The notes below the pieces were generated by a model that worked only from the letters and a program-made list of their open reading frames with translations, made no database searches and was not told the DNA's origin. 48,742 nucleotides of DNA from Candidatus Parcubacteria bacterium (GTDB lineage: Bacteria > Patescibacteriota > Patescibacteriia > UBA1558 > GWA2-36-10): positions 1 through 48,742 of the forward strand of contig JABJNO010000017.1 of assembly GCA_018664825.1 (NCBI GenBank), in the 5' to 3' direction. Positions within the stretch are counted from its first letter, which is position 1, and each line of letters begins with the position of its first letter. A program made the position numbers and the translations under genes. This document shows, piece by piece, positions 28,639-36,775 of the stretch.

Positions 28639-30519
28639 TTATTTTAGAGTCGCTTTGATACGACGGATTCCAGCTGAGCTGGATTGTTCTTTTTTGATTT
28701 TAAAGGTCCCAAGTTCATTGGTGTTTTCGACGTGTGGTCCGCCACAAATTTCTTTGGAAAATTTACCAATTTTGTAGACTTTTACCATCTCACCATATTT
28801 TTTATCAAATAGACCGATAGCGCCTTGTTCTTTGGCTTGGGCTACTGACATTTCTTCGAATACTATTTCTAGTCCAGCCTGGATTTGTTGATTGACTAGC
28901 TCCTCTACTTTTTGTTTTTCTTCATCGGTCAGCTTGTCTGGATGGACAAAGTCAAAGCGTAATCTTTTTTCATTTATATTACTACCTTTTTGTTCAACGT
29001 GGTCTCCTAGAATATCTCGCAAAGCCTGATGGAGTAAGTGAGTAGCGGTATGATATTTGCGAGACATCTCGCCATCATCAGCTAGTCCACCCTTGAACAT
29101 ACCAGCAGAAGCAGTTCGAGAAAGTTCTTGGTGTTTTTTAAACTCAGCTTCAAATTTTTCTTCAATGTTATCTTCAATTTTTACAGTATGAAACTCATGA
29201 GATTCAAAAAACTTTATTTCTTCTAAGCTCATTTCTAAAGGAAATCCGTAAGTTGAAAATATAATGAATAAATCTTTTGCTGTAGCTTTGATAATTTTAC
29301 TTCTAACATCAGTTCTTTTTTGTTCAGCTAGTTCTTTAATTGGATCAACTTCAAATCCTAAAACTAATCTATGGATTTTTTTTCGGCCTTTTTGCATAGT
29401 AAGGCGAAATTTTTCTTCCTCTTTACTTAGCTCGGAATTTATAAATTCTTTATTCTTTATTAATTCTGGATAATCTGATTTGTATAAGTTTATTATTGTT
29501 TCGGCTAGACTTAGACAAAAATTTTCTTTTATACCTAACAAAAATGCAAAACGGATAGCTCGCCTGATCAAACGACGTAAAACATAGTTTTGATCTTTGT
29601 TGCCAGGAGCAATACCCTTGGCGTCGCCCATGATAAATATTGCACTACGGATATGGTCAGCTATAATTCTCATTGAACGAACATCTTCATCCCAACAATC
29701 AGGTTTTTCATCAAAGCCGAGGTCGCCTTTTTCAAATTTATATTTTTTGCCAGACAAATCCTCTATTTTTTTGATGATTGGTTGCCAGAGCTCGGTCAGG
29801 TAGTTGTCATCAAAGCCATTGAGTACTGCTAGAGTTCTCTCGAATCCCATGCCTGTGTCGATATTTTTTTGTTTGAGTGGCTCGTATTTGCCGTCAGCTG
29901 TTTTGTTGTACTGCATGATGACGTCATTCCAAAGTTCTACCCATCTTGTGTCTTCTGGATCAAAATTGTTTGGCGCAGACTCAGTACCTGTCCAATAAAA
30001 TATTTCTGTATCCGGACCACAGGGTCCAGTTTGTCCAGCTGGACCCCACCAATTATCTTTTTTACCCAAATAGCCAATTTTATTTACACCAATTTTTTTC
30101 CAAATTTCAGCACTTTCTTCATCTCTAGGTACGTTTTGATCTCCAGCGAATACTGTTACAGCTAATTTTTCTTTTTTTATACCCAAAACTTCCGTCAAAA
30201 ATTCCCAAGAAAATTCTATGGTTTCTTTTTTGAAATAATCACCCAAAGACCAATTGCCGAGCATCTCAAAAAAAGTATGATGAGTAGCATCACCTACTTC
30301 ATCAATATCTCCAGTACGGATACATTTTTGGACACTGGTAAGACGCTTGCCTTCTGGGTGTTTTTCACCCATCAGGTATGGTACTAGTGGATGCATACCC
30401 GCAGTAGTAAATAGTACAGTCGGATCATTGTCGGGAATCAGAGAAGCAGAACCAATGATTTTATGGTTTTTTGATTCAAAATATTTTAAGAAAGTTTTCC
30501 TCAATTCCGGAGCTGTCAT
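28639..30519 (-). CDS. alaS: Alanine--tRNA ligase, short form lacking C-Ala domain
   Basis: DPTVLFTTAGM, HHTFFEMLGN, IDTGMG.ER, editing motifs HTATHLLH and CGGPH; ends at GIRRIKA. Confidence 0.96.
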   Translation of the reverse strand: MTAPELRKTFLKYFESKNHKIIGSASLIPDNDPTVLFTTAGMHPLVPYLMGEKHPEGKRLTSVQKCIRTGDIDEVGDATHHTFFEMLGNWSLGDYFKKETIEFSWEFLTEVLGIKKEKLAVTVFAGDQNVPRDEESAEIWKKIGVNKIGYLGKKDNWWGPAGQTGPCGPDTEIFYWTGTESAPNNFDPEDTRWVELWNDVIMQYNKTADGKYEPLKQKNIDTGMGFERTLAVLNGFDDNYLTELWQPIIKKIEDLSGKKYKFEKGDLGFDEKPDCWDEDVRSMRIIADHIRSAIFIMGDAKGIAPGNKDQNYVLRRLIRRAIRFAFLLGIKENFCLSLAETIINLYKSDYPELIKNKEFINSELSKEEEKFRLTMQKGRKKIHRLVLGFEVDPIKELAEQKRTDVRSKIIKATAKDLFIIFSTYGFPLEMSLEEIKFFESHEFHTVKIEDNIEEKFEAEFKKHQELSRTASAGMFKGGLADDGEMSRKYHTATHLLHQALRDILGDHVEQKGSNINEKRLRFDFVHPDKLTDEEKQKVEELVNQQIQAGLEIVFEEMSVAQAKEQGAIGLFDKKYGEMVKVYKIGKFSKEICGGPHVENTNELGTFKIKKEQSSSAGIRRIKATLK

Positions 30520-30604
30520 TTAAGTGTTTTTTTAGTGTTTAGATCTACTAAATTATAGGAAATTTGGGAGAAATAGTCAATGATTTGGGATAAATTTACT
30601 ATTA

Positions 30605-30633
30605 TTGACAAAATAGCCAAAATATGATATAGT
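30605..30633 (+). promoter_or_regulatory. sigma70 promoter of three-gene SD-led unit
   Basis: TTGACA-AAATAGCCAAAATATGA-TATAGT, 17-nt spacer with extended -10 TG. Confidence 0.85.
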
Positions 30634-30687
30634 ATATAGTCCTAATGTACGTTTAAAACGGCTGAAAAGCCACAAAATAAGGAGAGA

Positions 30688-30936
30688 GTGATGAGAAGTT
30701 TACTTGATAAACAGATAGCGCTGTTCGCAGTTTTTGCGATGGTAGTAACATCTTTACCTACTGGCATTATCATTATGCGCACAGGAGGAATCCCTCCCTA
30801 CGGAGGCTTCTACCTTGCCAGTATTTCTATGCTGGGCTTGGGTGTGTTCGCTATTGTCCATGTTTGTAAGATGAATAATATTGTAACCGCTCGTTCGAAT
30901 ACGTTTGAAATATCTCAAACCTCAGGAGAAGAATAA
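30688..30936 (+). CDS. Small two-TM hypothetical protein
   Basis: SD AAGGAG, two hydrophobic segments. Confidence 0.7.
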   Translation: MMRSLLDKQIALFAVFAMVVTSLPTGIIIMRTGGIPPYGGFYLASISMLGLGVFAIVHVCKMNNIVTARSNTFEISQTSGEE

Positions 30937-31280
30937 TGAACTGGAAAAGCGTTGAAGCCAAGTTTGGCGAAGGCATAGCATCTCGTTGCTACAATGCCTG
31001 GCACTCTGTGTTTGGTGGTGGCCCTGATCACCATTCGGTGACCGTTGGTCTGTTTCTCGAGCAGTACGTACTTGTACTAGCTCAGATGATTCACGATCCT
31101 GGTGAGGACAAGGTCAATACCAACAACTTGATGATGGAATTGCTCCGTCGGAGCTATCCTCCGCTCTCTATTGTGAGTGGCAAGCCGACCAAGAGTCGAT
31201 TGATTCAGCTCACTACTGCTCTCCGTAAAAACGGGATCTCTACTGATCCCGAACTGGCTGGTCATTTTTCTAAAAAATGA
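30936..31280 (+). CDS. Hypothetical protein
   Basis: SD AGGAG, TAATG overlap with upstream gene. Confidence 0.7.
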   Translation: MNWKSVEAKFGEGIASRCYNAWHSVFGGGPDHHSVTVGLFLEQYVLVLAQMIHDPGEDKVNTNNLMMELLRRSYPPLSIVSGKPTKSRLIQLTTALRKNGISTDPELAGHFSKK

Positions 31281-31300
31281 TCGATGAAAAGGAGAATATC

Positions 31301-31612
31301 ATGGCGATTCCCCAGATGTGTATTGACGAAGGTCAAAAAGCTACTGTTGAACGACGTCGTTTCGAAAAACTCCGTAAAGCCAAGTTGGCTACCAGCCTTG
31401 GCAAAACCAAGGCACTAGCGGCCCTAGCTACTCGCAAAAGCGAGTCCGAGACTAGGGAGCAGGTCAACAATGGCCGACTGTACGCTGGAAGTTCGATGTA
31501 CTTCTATTGCAGTTGTGGGGATGTTTCTGACATCAAGGGTGAGGGTTTTACTGATCCTCCCAACCACACTTGCCGTCAGTGTAAGGCTCTCAAAGACAAG
31601 GGCTGGCTCTAG
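31301..31612 (+). CDS. Small Cys-motif (CxC...CxxC) protein
   Basis: SD AAGGAG before ATG 31301; YCSCG...CRQC. Confidence 0.72.
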   Translation: MAIPQMCIDEGQKATVERRRFEKLRKAKLATSLGKTKALAALATRKSESETREQVNNGRLYAGSSMYFYCSCGDVSDIKGEGFTDPPNHTCRQCKALKDKGWL

Positions 31613-31622
31613 CTAGCCATCG

Positions 31623-31657
31623 AGCCCACCGAATTATTTCGGTGGGCTTTCTTTTTT
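31623..31657 (+). terminator. Intrinsic terminator
   Basis: AGCCCACCGAA-TTAT-TTCGGTGGGCT followed by TTCTTTTTT. Confidence 0.9.
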
Positions 31658-31660
31658 GGC

Positions 31661-31948
31661 AAAAAGAAAGCCCCAAGTAAAAACTCGGGGCTTTGGTAAG
31701 GGGTCGGTGATCCCGGGGGATTGGAAGGATGCTGTCATACGACAGCAGGGATACACCGACCCGCATTGAGGGTCATCATGAAACACGAGTGTTGGGTTGG
31801 GCCCAATTGTTGAAATAAAACTCGAGTTTGCATGATGACCCATGCGCGTGGGTATGGGAGTCGCTGATGGTCAATCAAATGTGTGTATTCTCCGTCGCCT
31901 TAGGAGAAAACTTGGGTGCTTACCACCAGCGACTGTTAAGGTACTGAT
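31661..31948 (-). ncRNA. Putative structured ncRNA A (about 290 nt, three long hairpin domains)
   Basis: Own promoter TTGACA-17-TATGAT (31983-31955) and terminator (31694-31661); helices 31859-31871/31922-31934, 31770-31780/31831-31841, 31701-31709/31754-31762; no SD-led ORF. Confidence 0.72.
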
Positions 31949-31986
31949 ATTTTTATCATATTTCAGATACCAGCTTTTGTCAATTT

Positions 31987-32233
31987 AAAAAAAGAACCCC
32001 GCATCTTTTAGATACGGGGTTTGAAAGGGTGGGCTACCACCTGGCAATTGCTTGTTTGTGGTGTTGCTCCGTGAGTAGAACCTTCGGGTATAGCTCAGTT
32101 GAGCAGCTCTTTTGGTATCAGAATTGATTGTTATTACCAACCATCTCTAGAAAATGATCGGCTTACCAATCCACATTCCTGGACAACGAGTCCACACAAT
32201 ATACCTGCAGTAGCCCATCTATAACGAACGAAC
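31987..32233 (-). ncRNA. Putative structured ncRNA B (about 245 nt)
   Basis: Promoter TTGACA at 32268-32263 with TATAAT/TAATGT; closing helix UGGGCUACUGC/GUGGUAGCCCA; internal G-U-rich hairpin that pairs fully only on the minus strand; terminator 32022-31987. Confidence 0.7.
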
Positions 32234-32271
32234 TTAAGTACATTATATATATTTGTAAGTTTTGTCAATAC

Positions 32272-32700
32272 TTAGATCATAAAGACCAATACAGCGGCTG
32301 TCACAAAGCTTAGGATGATGCCGTTTATCAGTTCTATAAATAGTAGTTTTTTTGGATAGGAAGTAAGCATGTTCATATCAAAAAATCTTGGGATTATCCG
32401 AATACCAATCAACATAAAGGCAAGTACTAGAGCCATAGAGCCAAGATCTCCGTTGATAATATGAAGTCCGGGTTTTAGGTAAGAGTAAGTAGTGGCTGCT
32501 ATAAAACTTGGTATAAACATCCCTAGAAAAAACATATCAATCATAAATTTTTTGTCAGTACTATGATTATTTATGGCTGGATGTTTTTTGTGTTTTTTAT
32601 AAATTTTGGTAACAAAAGGATTCATATAAAGCATAGCAGCAACTAGGTGTGTGATTAGGGCTGCGACCACTGATCCTACAATTACAAAAGTAAAATTCAT
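32272..32700 (-). CDS. Four-TM membrane protein (DUF1761-like)
   Basis: 142 aa with four hydrophobic segments; no SD. Confidence 0.7.
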   Translation of the reverse strand: MNFTFVIVGSVVAALITHLVAAMLYMNPFVTKIYKKHKKHPAINNHSTDKKFMIDMFFLGMFIPSFIAATTYSYLKPGLHIINGDLGSMALVLAFMLIGIRIIPRFFDMNMLTSYPKKLLFIELINGIILSFVTAAVLVFMI

Positions 32701-32755
32701 AATTTTTATTTTAAATATTTTTTACTTATTAATAATACCATTTTTATTTGATAAT

Positions 32756-32784
32756 AAAAAGGCTACCAAAGTTTTGGTAGCCTT
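32756..32784 (-). terminator. Intrinsic terminator
   Basis: AAGGCTACCAAA-G-TTTTGGTAGCCTT with A-tract on + strand. Confidence 0.8.
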
Positions 32785-33130
32785 AACGGGGTATCCCGGT
32801 AAAGAGCGCGATTAGCCAGATGAACCAAGCGTAGACTGAGAAGCGGTGAAAAAGTTTGGCTGAAGTGCCGTCAGTTTTGAAAGCTTTGATTGCCCAGGCA
32901 AGATGAAATCCCATAATGACGAGAGCAATGTAGCCAAAGGCTCCGTGAGTGTGTAGCTTTGCGCCGTTGGTCTGAAGCCCCATGATAGAGGTGCCAATCA
33001 AATCGCAGATAAATGCAAATATAAAGGTAACAATCATCCAGTGTTTGAGTTGGTGTTTGATTTTTTCTGACCAGATTGACAGAGAGTATAGCAACAAGGC
33101 CATAGTGATAAAACAAATAGAAATCGTCAT
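32783..33130 (-). CDS. HsmA/TIGR03987-like small membrane protein
   Basis: LLLYS..IWSEK, F.CD.IGT..M, HG.FG..AL..M..H..WA, S..AW.IWL; SD GGAGG. Confidence 0.8.
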   Translation of the reverse strand: MTISICFITMALLLYSLSIWSEKIKHQLKHWMIVTFIFAFICDLIGTSIMGLQTNGAKLHTHGAFGYIALVIMGFHLAWAIKAFKTDGTSAKLFHRFSVYAWFIWLIALFTGIPR

Positions 33131-33172
33131 TCCTCCACCTCCCTATGGTTAAGAGTACAAATATACTTCTTG

Positions 33173-33230
33173 AAGTTAATACTTTTTAGGTGTTGTGTCA
33201 ATTGACATAAAATGACTTTTATGTTATACA
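33173..33230. promoter_or_regulatory. Back-to-back divergent sigma70 promoters
   Basis: Palindrome TGTCAATTGACA (33196-33207) supplies both -35 boxes; -10 TAACTT (minus) and TG-n-TATACA (plus), each at 17 nt. Confidence 0.75.
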
Positions 33231-33275
33231 TATCAGGTTAATTGAACCTTAAATAAACCCAAAAAGGAGAAAATT

Positions 33276-33524
33276 ATGCTGGGACAAGTCATTATTGGGC
33301 TAGTATTGTTTGCTGTGCTTTACCTTGTGTGTTGGTTGGCCTTTGGTCTTCGTTTTTTCAAGAAATGTTCTGAATGTAACAGTCGGAGAACCATAACCCA
33401 CACCGTTGATGATCTCGTAGATATCAAGGTTCCCAATAATCATGGGGAAAATAACGTATCTATGGATATCACAATATGTCATTGTGGGCATCATACCCAT
33501 GAAAAATTCGTAAGTAAAAAATAA
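33276..33524 (+). CDS. Small membrane-anchored Cys/His-motif protein
   Basis: SD AAGGAG; TM helix, CSEC...CHCGH. Confidence 0.72.
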   Translation: MLGQVIIGLVLFAVLYLVCWLAFGLRFFKKCSECNSRRTITHTVDDLVDIKVPNNHGENNVSMDITICHCGHHTHEKFVSKK

Positions 33525-33545
33525 CCTTTTAAAAAGGAGCCTGTC

Positions 33546-33830
33546 ATGGAAAAAGCTGGTGACGGCAATGTCGTTGATCTCCTGATGGAAAATCTCACAG
33601 CCATAGATGATGAGCGCAAAGAAAACTGCATTCATTGTGGTAATGAGTGGTATGCCATTCACCATAAAGATGGCGTATGCCATAGTTGTCAACAAAAAGG
33701 CCTACCTGGCCGTACTGCACTCGAACGTCGAGAGAACATCCAAGCCAAAGTTGCCTGGGCAGTCGGTATCGGTGCCCTACTCTTCCTTTTGGGTATGAGC
33801 CTGGCTGGCAAGTTGCCCGCAATTGGATAA
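33546..33830 (+). CDS. Small zinc-ribbon protein with C-terminal TM
   Basis: SD AAGGAG; CIHC...CHSC; terminator follows. Confidence 0.75.
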   Translation: MEKAGDGNVVDLLMENLTAIDDERKENCIHCGNEWYAIHHKDGVCHSCQQKGLPGRTALERRENIQAKVAWAVGIGALLFLLGMSLAGKLPAIG

Positions 33831-33835
33831 AAAAC

Positions 33836-33866
33836 AACCCCCGTTTAGCAAAAACGGGGGTTTTTA
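33836..33866 (+). terminator. Intrinsic terminator
   Basis: AACCCCCGTTT-AGCAA-AAACGGGGGTT plus T-tract. Confidence 0.85.
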
Positions 33867-33877
33867 TTAGCTTTGTA

Positions 33878-33906
33878 TTGACAAAATAGCAGTTATATGA
33901 TATGAT
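33878..33906 (+). promoter_or_regulatory. sigma70 promoter
   Basis: TTGACA-AAATAGCAGTTATATGA-TATGAT. Confidence 0.85.
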
Positions 33907-33996
33907 AATAAAATTATTTATAGTACATATCAATTTATATAATCAGAGAAAACGGTGTGAAATGTTTCTAAATTGTTCTAAGCCAAGGAGGATGTT

Positions 33997-34401
33997 ATGA
34001 GTCACGAGCCCGAAGTCAATCTCGAAACCACTGCACAGGATCACCCAAGTCCTCCCCGCAATCAGCAGGGATTCTGGGAAGGAATTCATTCTTACCTGAC
34101 CGAAATCGACAACTCTCTTAGTCCCGAGGATATCCTCGACCTTCTGACTCGTGCAACCAAGAATCCGGATTCTGTTCAATTTGATCCTAATTCTACTCAG
34201 CTTCCCCTAGGAGCTCACACTCAGATGTGGACCCGTATGGGTCTCTTCCTGGCGCTGGTCAAACAGCAAAATTGGACTGCTGAGCAGGTATTGGCTCAGC
34301 TCAACCTGGCCGCTACTGGTCAACATGAGAAACTCACCAAGCCCTGTCATATGCTGATTCAGCCTGGGGCTACTCTGGTTCCGCCGGAACATCGGCGATA
34401 A
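33997..34401 (+). CDS. Hypothetical protein
   Basis: SD AAGGAGG; GC-rich coding; own promoter and terminator. Confidence 0.75.
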   Translation: MSHEPEVNLETTAQDHPSPPRNQQGFWEGIHSYLTEIDNSLSPEDILDLLTRATKNPDSVQFDPNSTQLPLGAHTQMWTRMGLFLALVKQQNWTAEQVLAQLNLAATGQHEKLTKPCHMLIQPGATLVPPEHRR

Positions 34402-34405
34402 CAAG

Positions 34406-34436
34406 AAACCCTTCCTCTTTCGAGGAAGGGTTTTTA
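34406..34436 (+). terminator. Intrinsic terminator
   Basis: AAACCCTTCCTC-TTTC-GAGGAAGGGTTT-TT. Confidence 0.88.
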
Positions 34437-34474
34437 ACTTTCTACTCCTTTGAATTGTTCAAAGGGTTTTATTA

Positions 34475-34503
34475 TTGACAAAATAGTGATTTTATGTTAT
34501 TCT
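34475..34503 (+). promoter_or_regulatory. sigma70 promoter
   Basis: TTGACA-AAATAGTGATTTTATGT-TATTCT. Confidence 0.85.
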
Positions 34504-34561
34504 AAGACGTTCTTTTAAAAAACAATTTTACTTTCAAAACAAGCAAAACAAGGAGAAAGAG

Positions 34562-35185
34562 ATGGAAACCATCACCACCGACATGATTCCTTATGGGAAT
34601 CTAGCTACTTGGTGGGCAGGTGGTTTTTACCTGCTCAACAAGATTTTTTTTAGCCAAGCTGAACGTTGTAAAGTAGATTCCAAAAAACGAGTGCTCAAAA
34701 TTTTTGGTTGGGCAGTTTATCTAGTAGGCTTACCTGCTTGGTGTTATCTGTTTTATTGGCGCAAGGATTCGATTGCCTTTTATGTCGAGATCAGCGGTGC
34801 TGTGATTATGATCCTGGGACTTATTGTTGCCTGGATTGGCATCAAAAAAACTCCCAAGTGGTTTGTAGTCATCGGCTTTGTTGCTGTTGGTATCGGTATG
34901 AAGTATAGCTTTCAGGATTTTGGTATCATGCAAGAGACCAAGCAGTGGCTCGAGCTAGGTATTTCTATCGGCTTTTTGGCCGGTACCCTACTCCTCGCTC
35001 TTGAGCGACGTAGTGGTTATCTCTGGTTCGTGTTTATGAATATCTCTTGCGCATTGTTGATGGGCATCGAACACAAAAGTGTTGTTCTAACTGTTCAGCA
35101 AATTGTCTCGCTTTACTTTGTGTATGATGCTTGGCGTCATTTTAGGCCAAGTGTAGACTCAATCGATGAAAGGAGAAATCAATGA
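34562..35185 (+). CDS. Multi-pass membrane protein (possibly PnuC-like transporter fold)
   Basis: SD AAGGAG; about 7 TM segments in two similar halves. Confidence 0.7.
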   Translation: METITTDMIPYGNLATWWAGGFYLLNKIFFSQAERCKVDSKKRVLKIFGWAVYLVGLPAWCYLFYWRKDSIAFYVEISGAVIMILGLIVAWIGIKKTPKWFVVIGFVAVGIGMKYSFQDFGIMQETKQWLELGISIGFLAGTLLLALERRSGYLWFVFMNISCALLMGIEHKSVVLTVQQIVSLYFVYDAWRHFRPSVDSIDERRNQ

Positions 35186-35757
35186 AGATTGAAGCGTTAA
35201 TCGGAATGACTCTCATAGCCCTGACCATGTTTTGGACTTCTTATCGTCGAGGAGATCTCACGGGTTTTCAAGCCAGTCAGAATGGCATCAAAGGTTTTTC
35301 GGCCATCAGTCATACTGGCTTATGGGGAGTTTTGTTGATTATCCCAACTCTGTGTGGGGTTATTTGGACTTACGAGGAGTCTTGGACTCATGAACAGCTT
35401 TTGCCAGCCTTGGTAGTCGGAGCCGTCATCAATCATTTGATGCATACTCTCTGGCTCTTTACCTCTCCTGATGATCACAATCTGAACCATGGTAGTTTGA
35501 CCAGAGCTGGTAAGCTCCATTATCTCTTTATGTTCTTTACCCTGGCTTCAGTGACGCTGTTTTACTTCTGTACTCCAGAAGTCAGTAGCGAGCACTTGCT
35601 TAGTGTCAGTATGTTACTTGGTGTTTATGTCACCATGAATACCTTGGTACTCAACTTGATCCGTCAAAAAAAGCTCGATGTCGTAGCACTTCTCACAACC
35701 CTGGTTGTCTGGGGAGTGCTCCTCTATCAGCTTTGGAAGTCAGCGGCAAACACTTGA
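35182..35757 (+). CDS. Multi-pass membrane protein with several His
   Basis: SD AAGGAG, ATGA overlap; HTG, HLMH, DHN, LHY. Confidence 0.72.
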   Translation: MKIEALIGMTLIALTMFWTSYRRGDLTGFQASQNGIKGFSAISHTGLWGVLLIIPTLCGVIWTYEESWTHEQLLPALVVGAVINHLMHTLWLFTSPDDHNLNHGSLTRAGKLHYLFMFFTLASVTLFYFCTPEVSSEHLLSVSMLLGVYVTMNTLVLNLIRQKKLDVVALLTTLVVWGVLLYQLWKSAANT

Positions 35758-35792
35758 TAGTGTTGGTATGCTGCTTTTTGAAAAGTAAAATA

Positions 35793-35826
35793 ATACGGGT
35801 GCGAATTTATTCGCACCCGTTTTTTT
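35793..35826. terminator. Bidirectional terminator
   Basis: ACGGGTGCGAAT-TT-ATTCGCACCCGT plus T-tract, between convergent genes. Confidence 0.88.
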
Positions 35827-36064
35827 ATCCAGAAATTTCCTGGTAGTCTTCAGGATCTTGATCCCAGCTAGGAACAAAGATCCAGAGAAGTATGTAGATG
35901 CCGAGACCGACACCATAGTAGCAGAGGGCGGCGGCCCACAGGAGCCTGATAATCCAGGTTTTGACTCCTAACTTGTAGGCCAATCCAGCGGCTACGCCAC
36001 CAATCCAGTGATCGTCCTCTATCTTACGGAAACTTCTTGATTTTAGTTTATCTATTTCACTCAT
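35825..36064 (-). CDS. pspC: PspC domain protein
   Basis: IGGVAAGLA..LG....IRL, YI.LWIFVP; SD AGGAGG; promoter TTGACA-17-TAAGAT at 36148-36120. Confidence 0.9.
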   Translation of the reverse strand: MSEIDKLKSRSFRKIEDDHWIGGVAAGLAYKLGVKTWIIRLLWAAALCYYGVGLGIYILLWIFVPSWDQDPEDYQEISG

Positions 36065-36171
36065 GTTTTACCTCCTAAGTAGTTTTATGAGTTCTTGAAT
36101 GTACTTTTGCGGATAATTTATCTTATTAAAAATAAGAGTATTTGTCAATTTTATGTTATAATACACGGGTT

Positions 36172-36654
36172 ATGAATAAAAAAGGCTTTACATTATTGGA
36201 AATGCTTTTGGTGATTGCCATTGTTGGTATCTTGTCTTCTGTTACAGTAGTAAACTTGAGTCAGCTCAAAGCCAAGGCTCGGGATGCAAATCGTATATCA
36301 GATGTTGAACAAATCCAAAAAGTTGTTGAAATATATTTTGATGACTATGGTGAATATCCAAACACTAGCTGCCAAGGTCTAGCGGGTATAGTTGGTTGTG
36401 CATCGGCATTAAATTCAGGTACCTGGATTTCAGATTTAAATATGATCTTGCCAAATGATCCTATTCATGGACAAGAGGGTCATATATCGGATTATAGTGA
36501 TAATGTGCATTCGTATATTTTTACTAGAGGTGCTGGGATACCAGAAGAATATTATTATATTTTATTCAAAAGAGAGGCTGGTGCTCAGACAGACGAATGC
36601 GATGGAAGTCCTTATGTTGGTTGGTCTTGTCTGGGTGGTGGGGATTTACCTTAA
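36172..36654 (+). CDS. Type IV pilin / pseudopilin
   Basis: Class III signal KKG/FTLLEML, KARDANRISD, YP, PNDP, C-terminal Cys pairs. Confidence 0.92.
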   Translation: MNKKGFTLLEMLLVIAIVGILSSVTVVNLSQLKAKARDANRISDVEQIQKVVEIYFDDYGEYPNTSCQGLAGIVGCASALNSGTWISDLNMILPNDPIHGQEGHISDYSDNVHSYIFTRGAGIPEEYYYILFKREAGAQTDECDGSPYVGWSCLGGGDLP

Positions 36655-36740
36655 ATAAAATTTTAGCTCAAAAACACCTAAAGTATAATTGAGTAGGTGT
36701 TTTTTTATTTACTTCATTAGGAAAGAGCTTTTGATGGTAT

Positions 36741-36769
36741 TTGACATAATAATAAAATTATCTTAATAT
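36741..36769 (+). promoter_or_regulatory. sigma70 promoter of ncRNA C
   Basis: TTGACA-17 nt-TAATAT, downstream of the pilin terminator (about 36670-36710). Confidence 0.75.
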
Positions 36770-36775
36770 CAGCTT

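Noticed and set aside
31634-31843. ORF-track 69-aa ORF in ncRNA A
   Set aside because: ATG is buried in an 11-bp helix, has no SD, and the frame reads through the terminator
32058-32075. 16S h15-like ACGGAGCAAC in ncRNA B and 23S-like CCUAAGGCGA in ncRNA A
   Set aside because: Only about 10-nt matches without the surrounding helix context; expected by chance, unlike the 67-nt L1-stalk match
32181-32191. 11-nt complementarity between ncRNA B and ncRNA D copy 2 (GGACAACGAGT)
   Set aside because: Not conserved in copy 1, and a single 11-mer among about 1 kb of RNA is not significant
32149-32195. RNase P RNA (CGGCTTAC and GAGTCC on + strand)
   Set aside because: Motifs are in the wrong order, GAGGAAAGUCC is absent, and promoter and G-U pairs indicate the opposite strand
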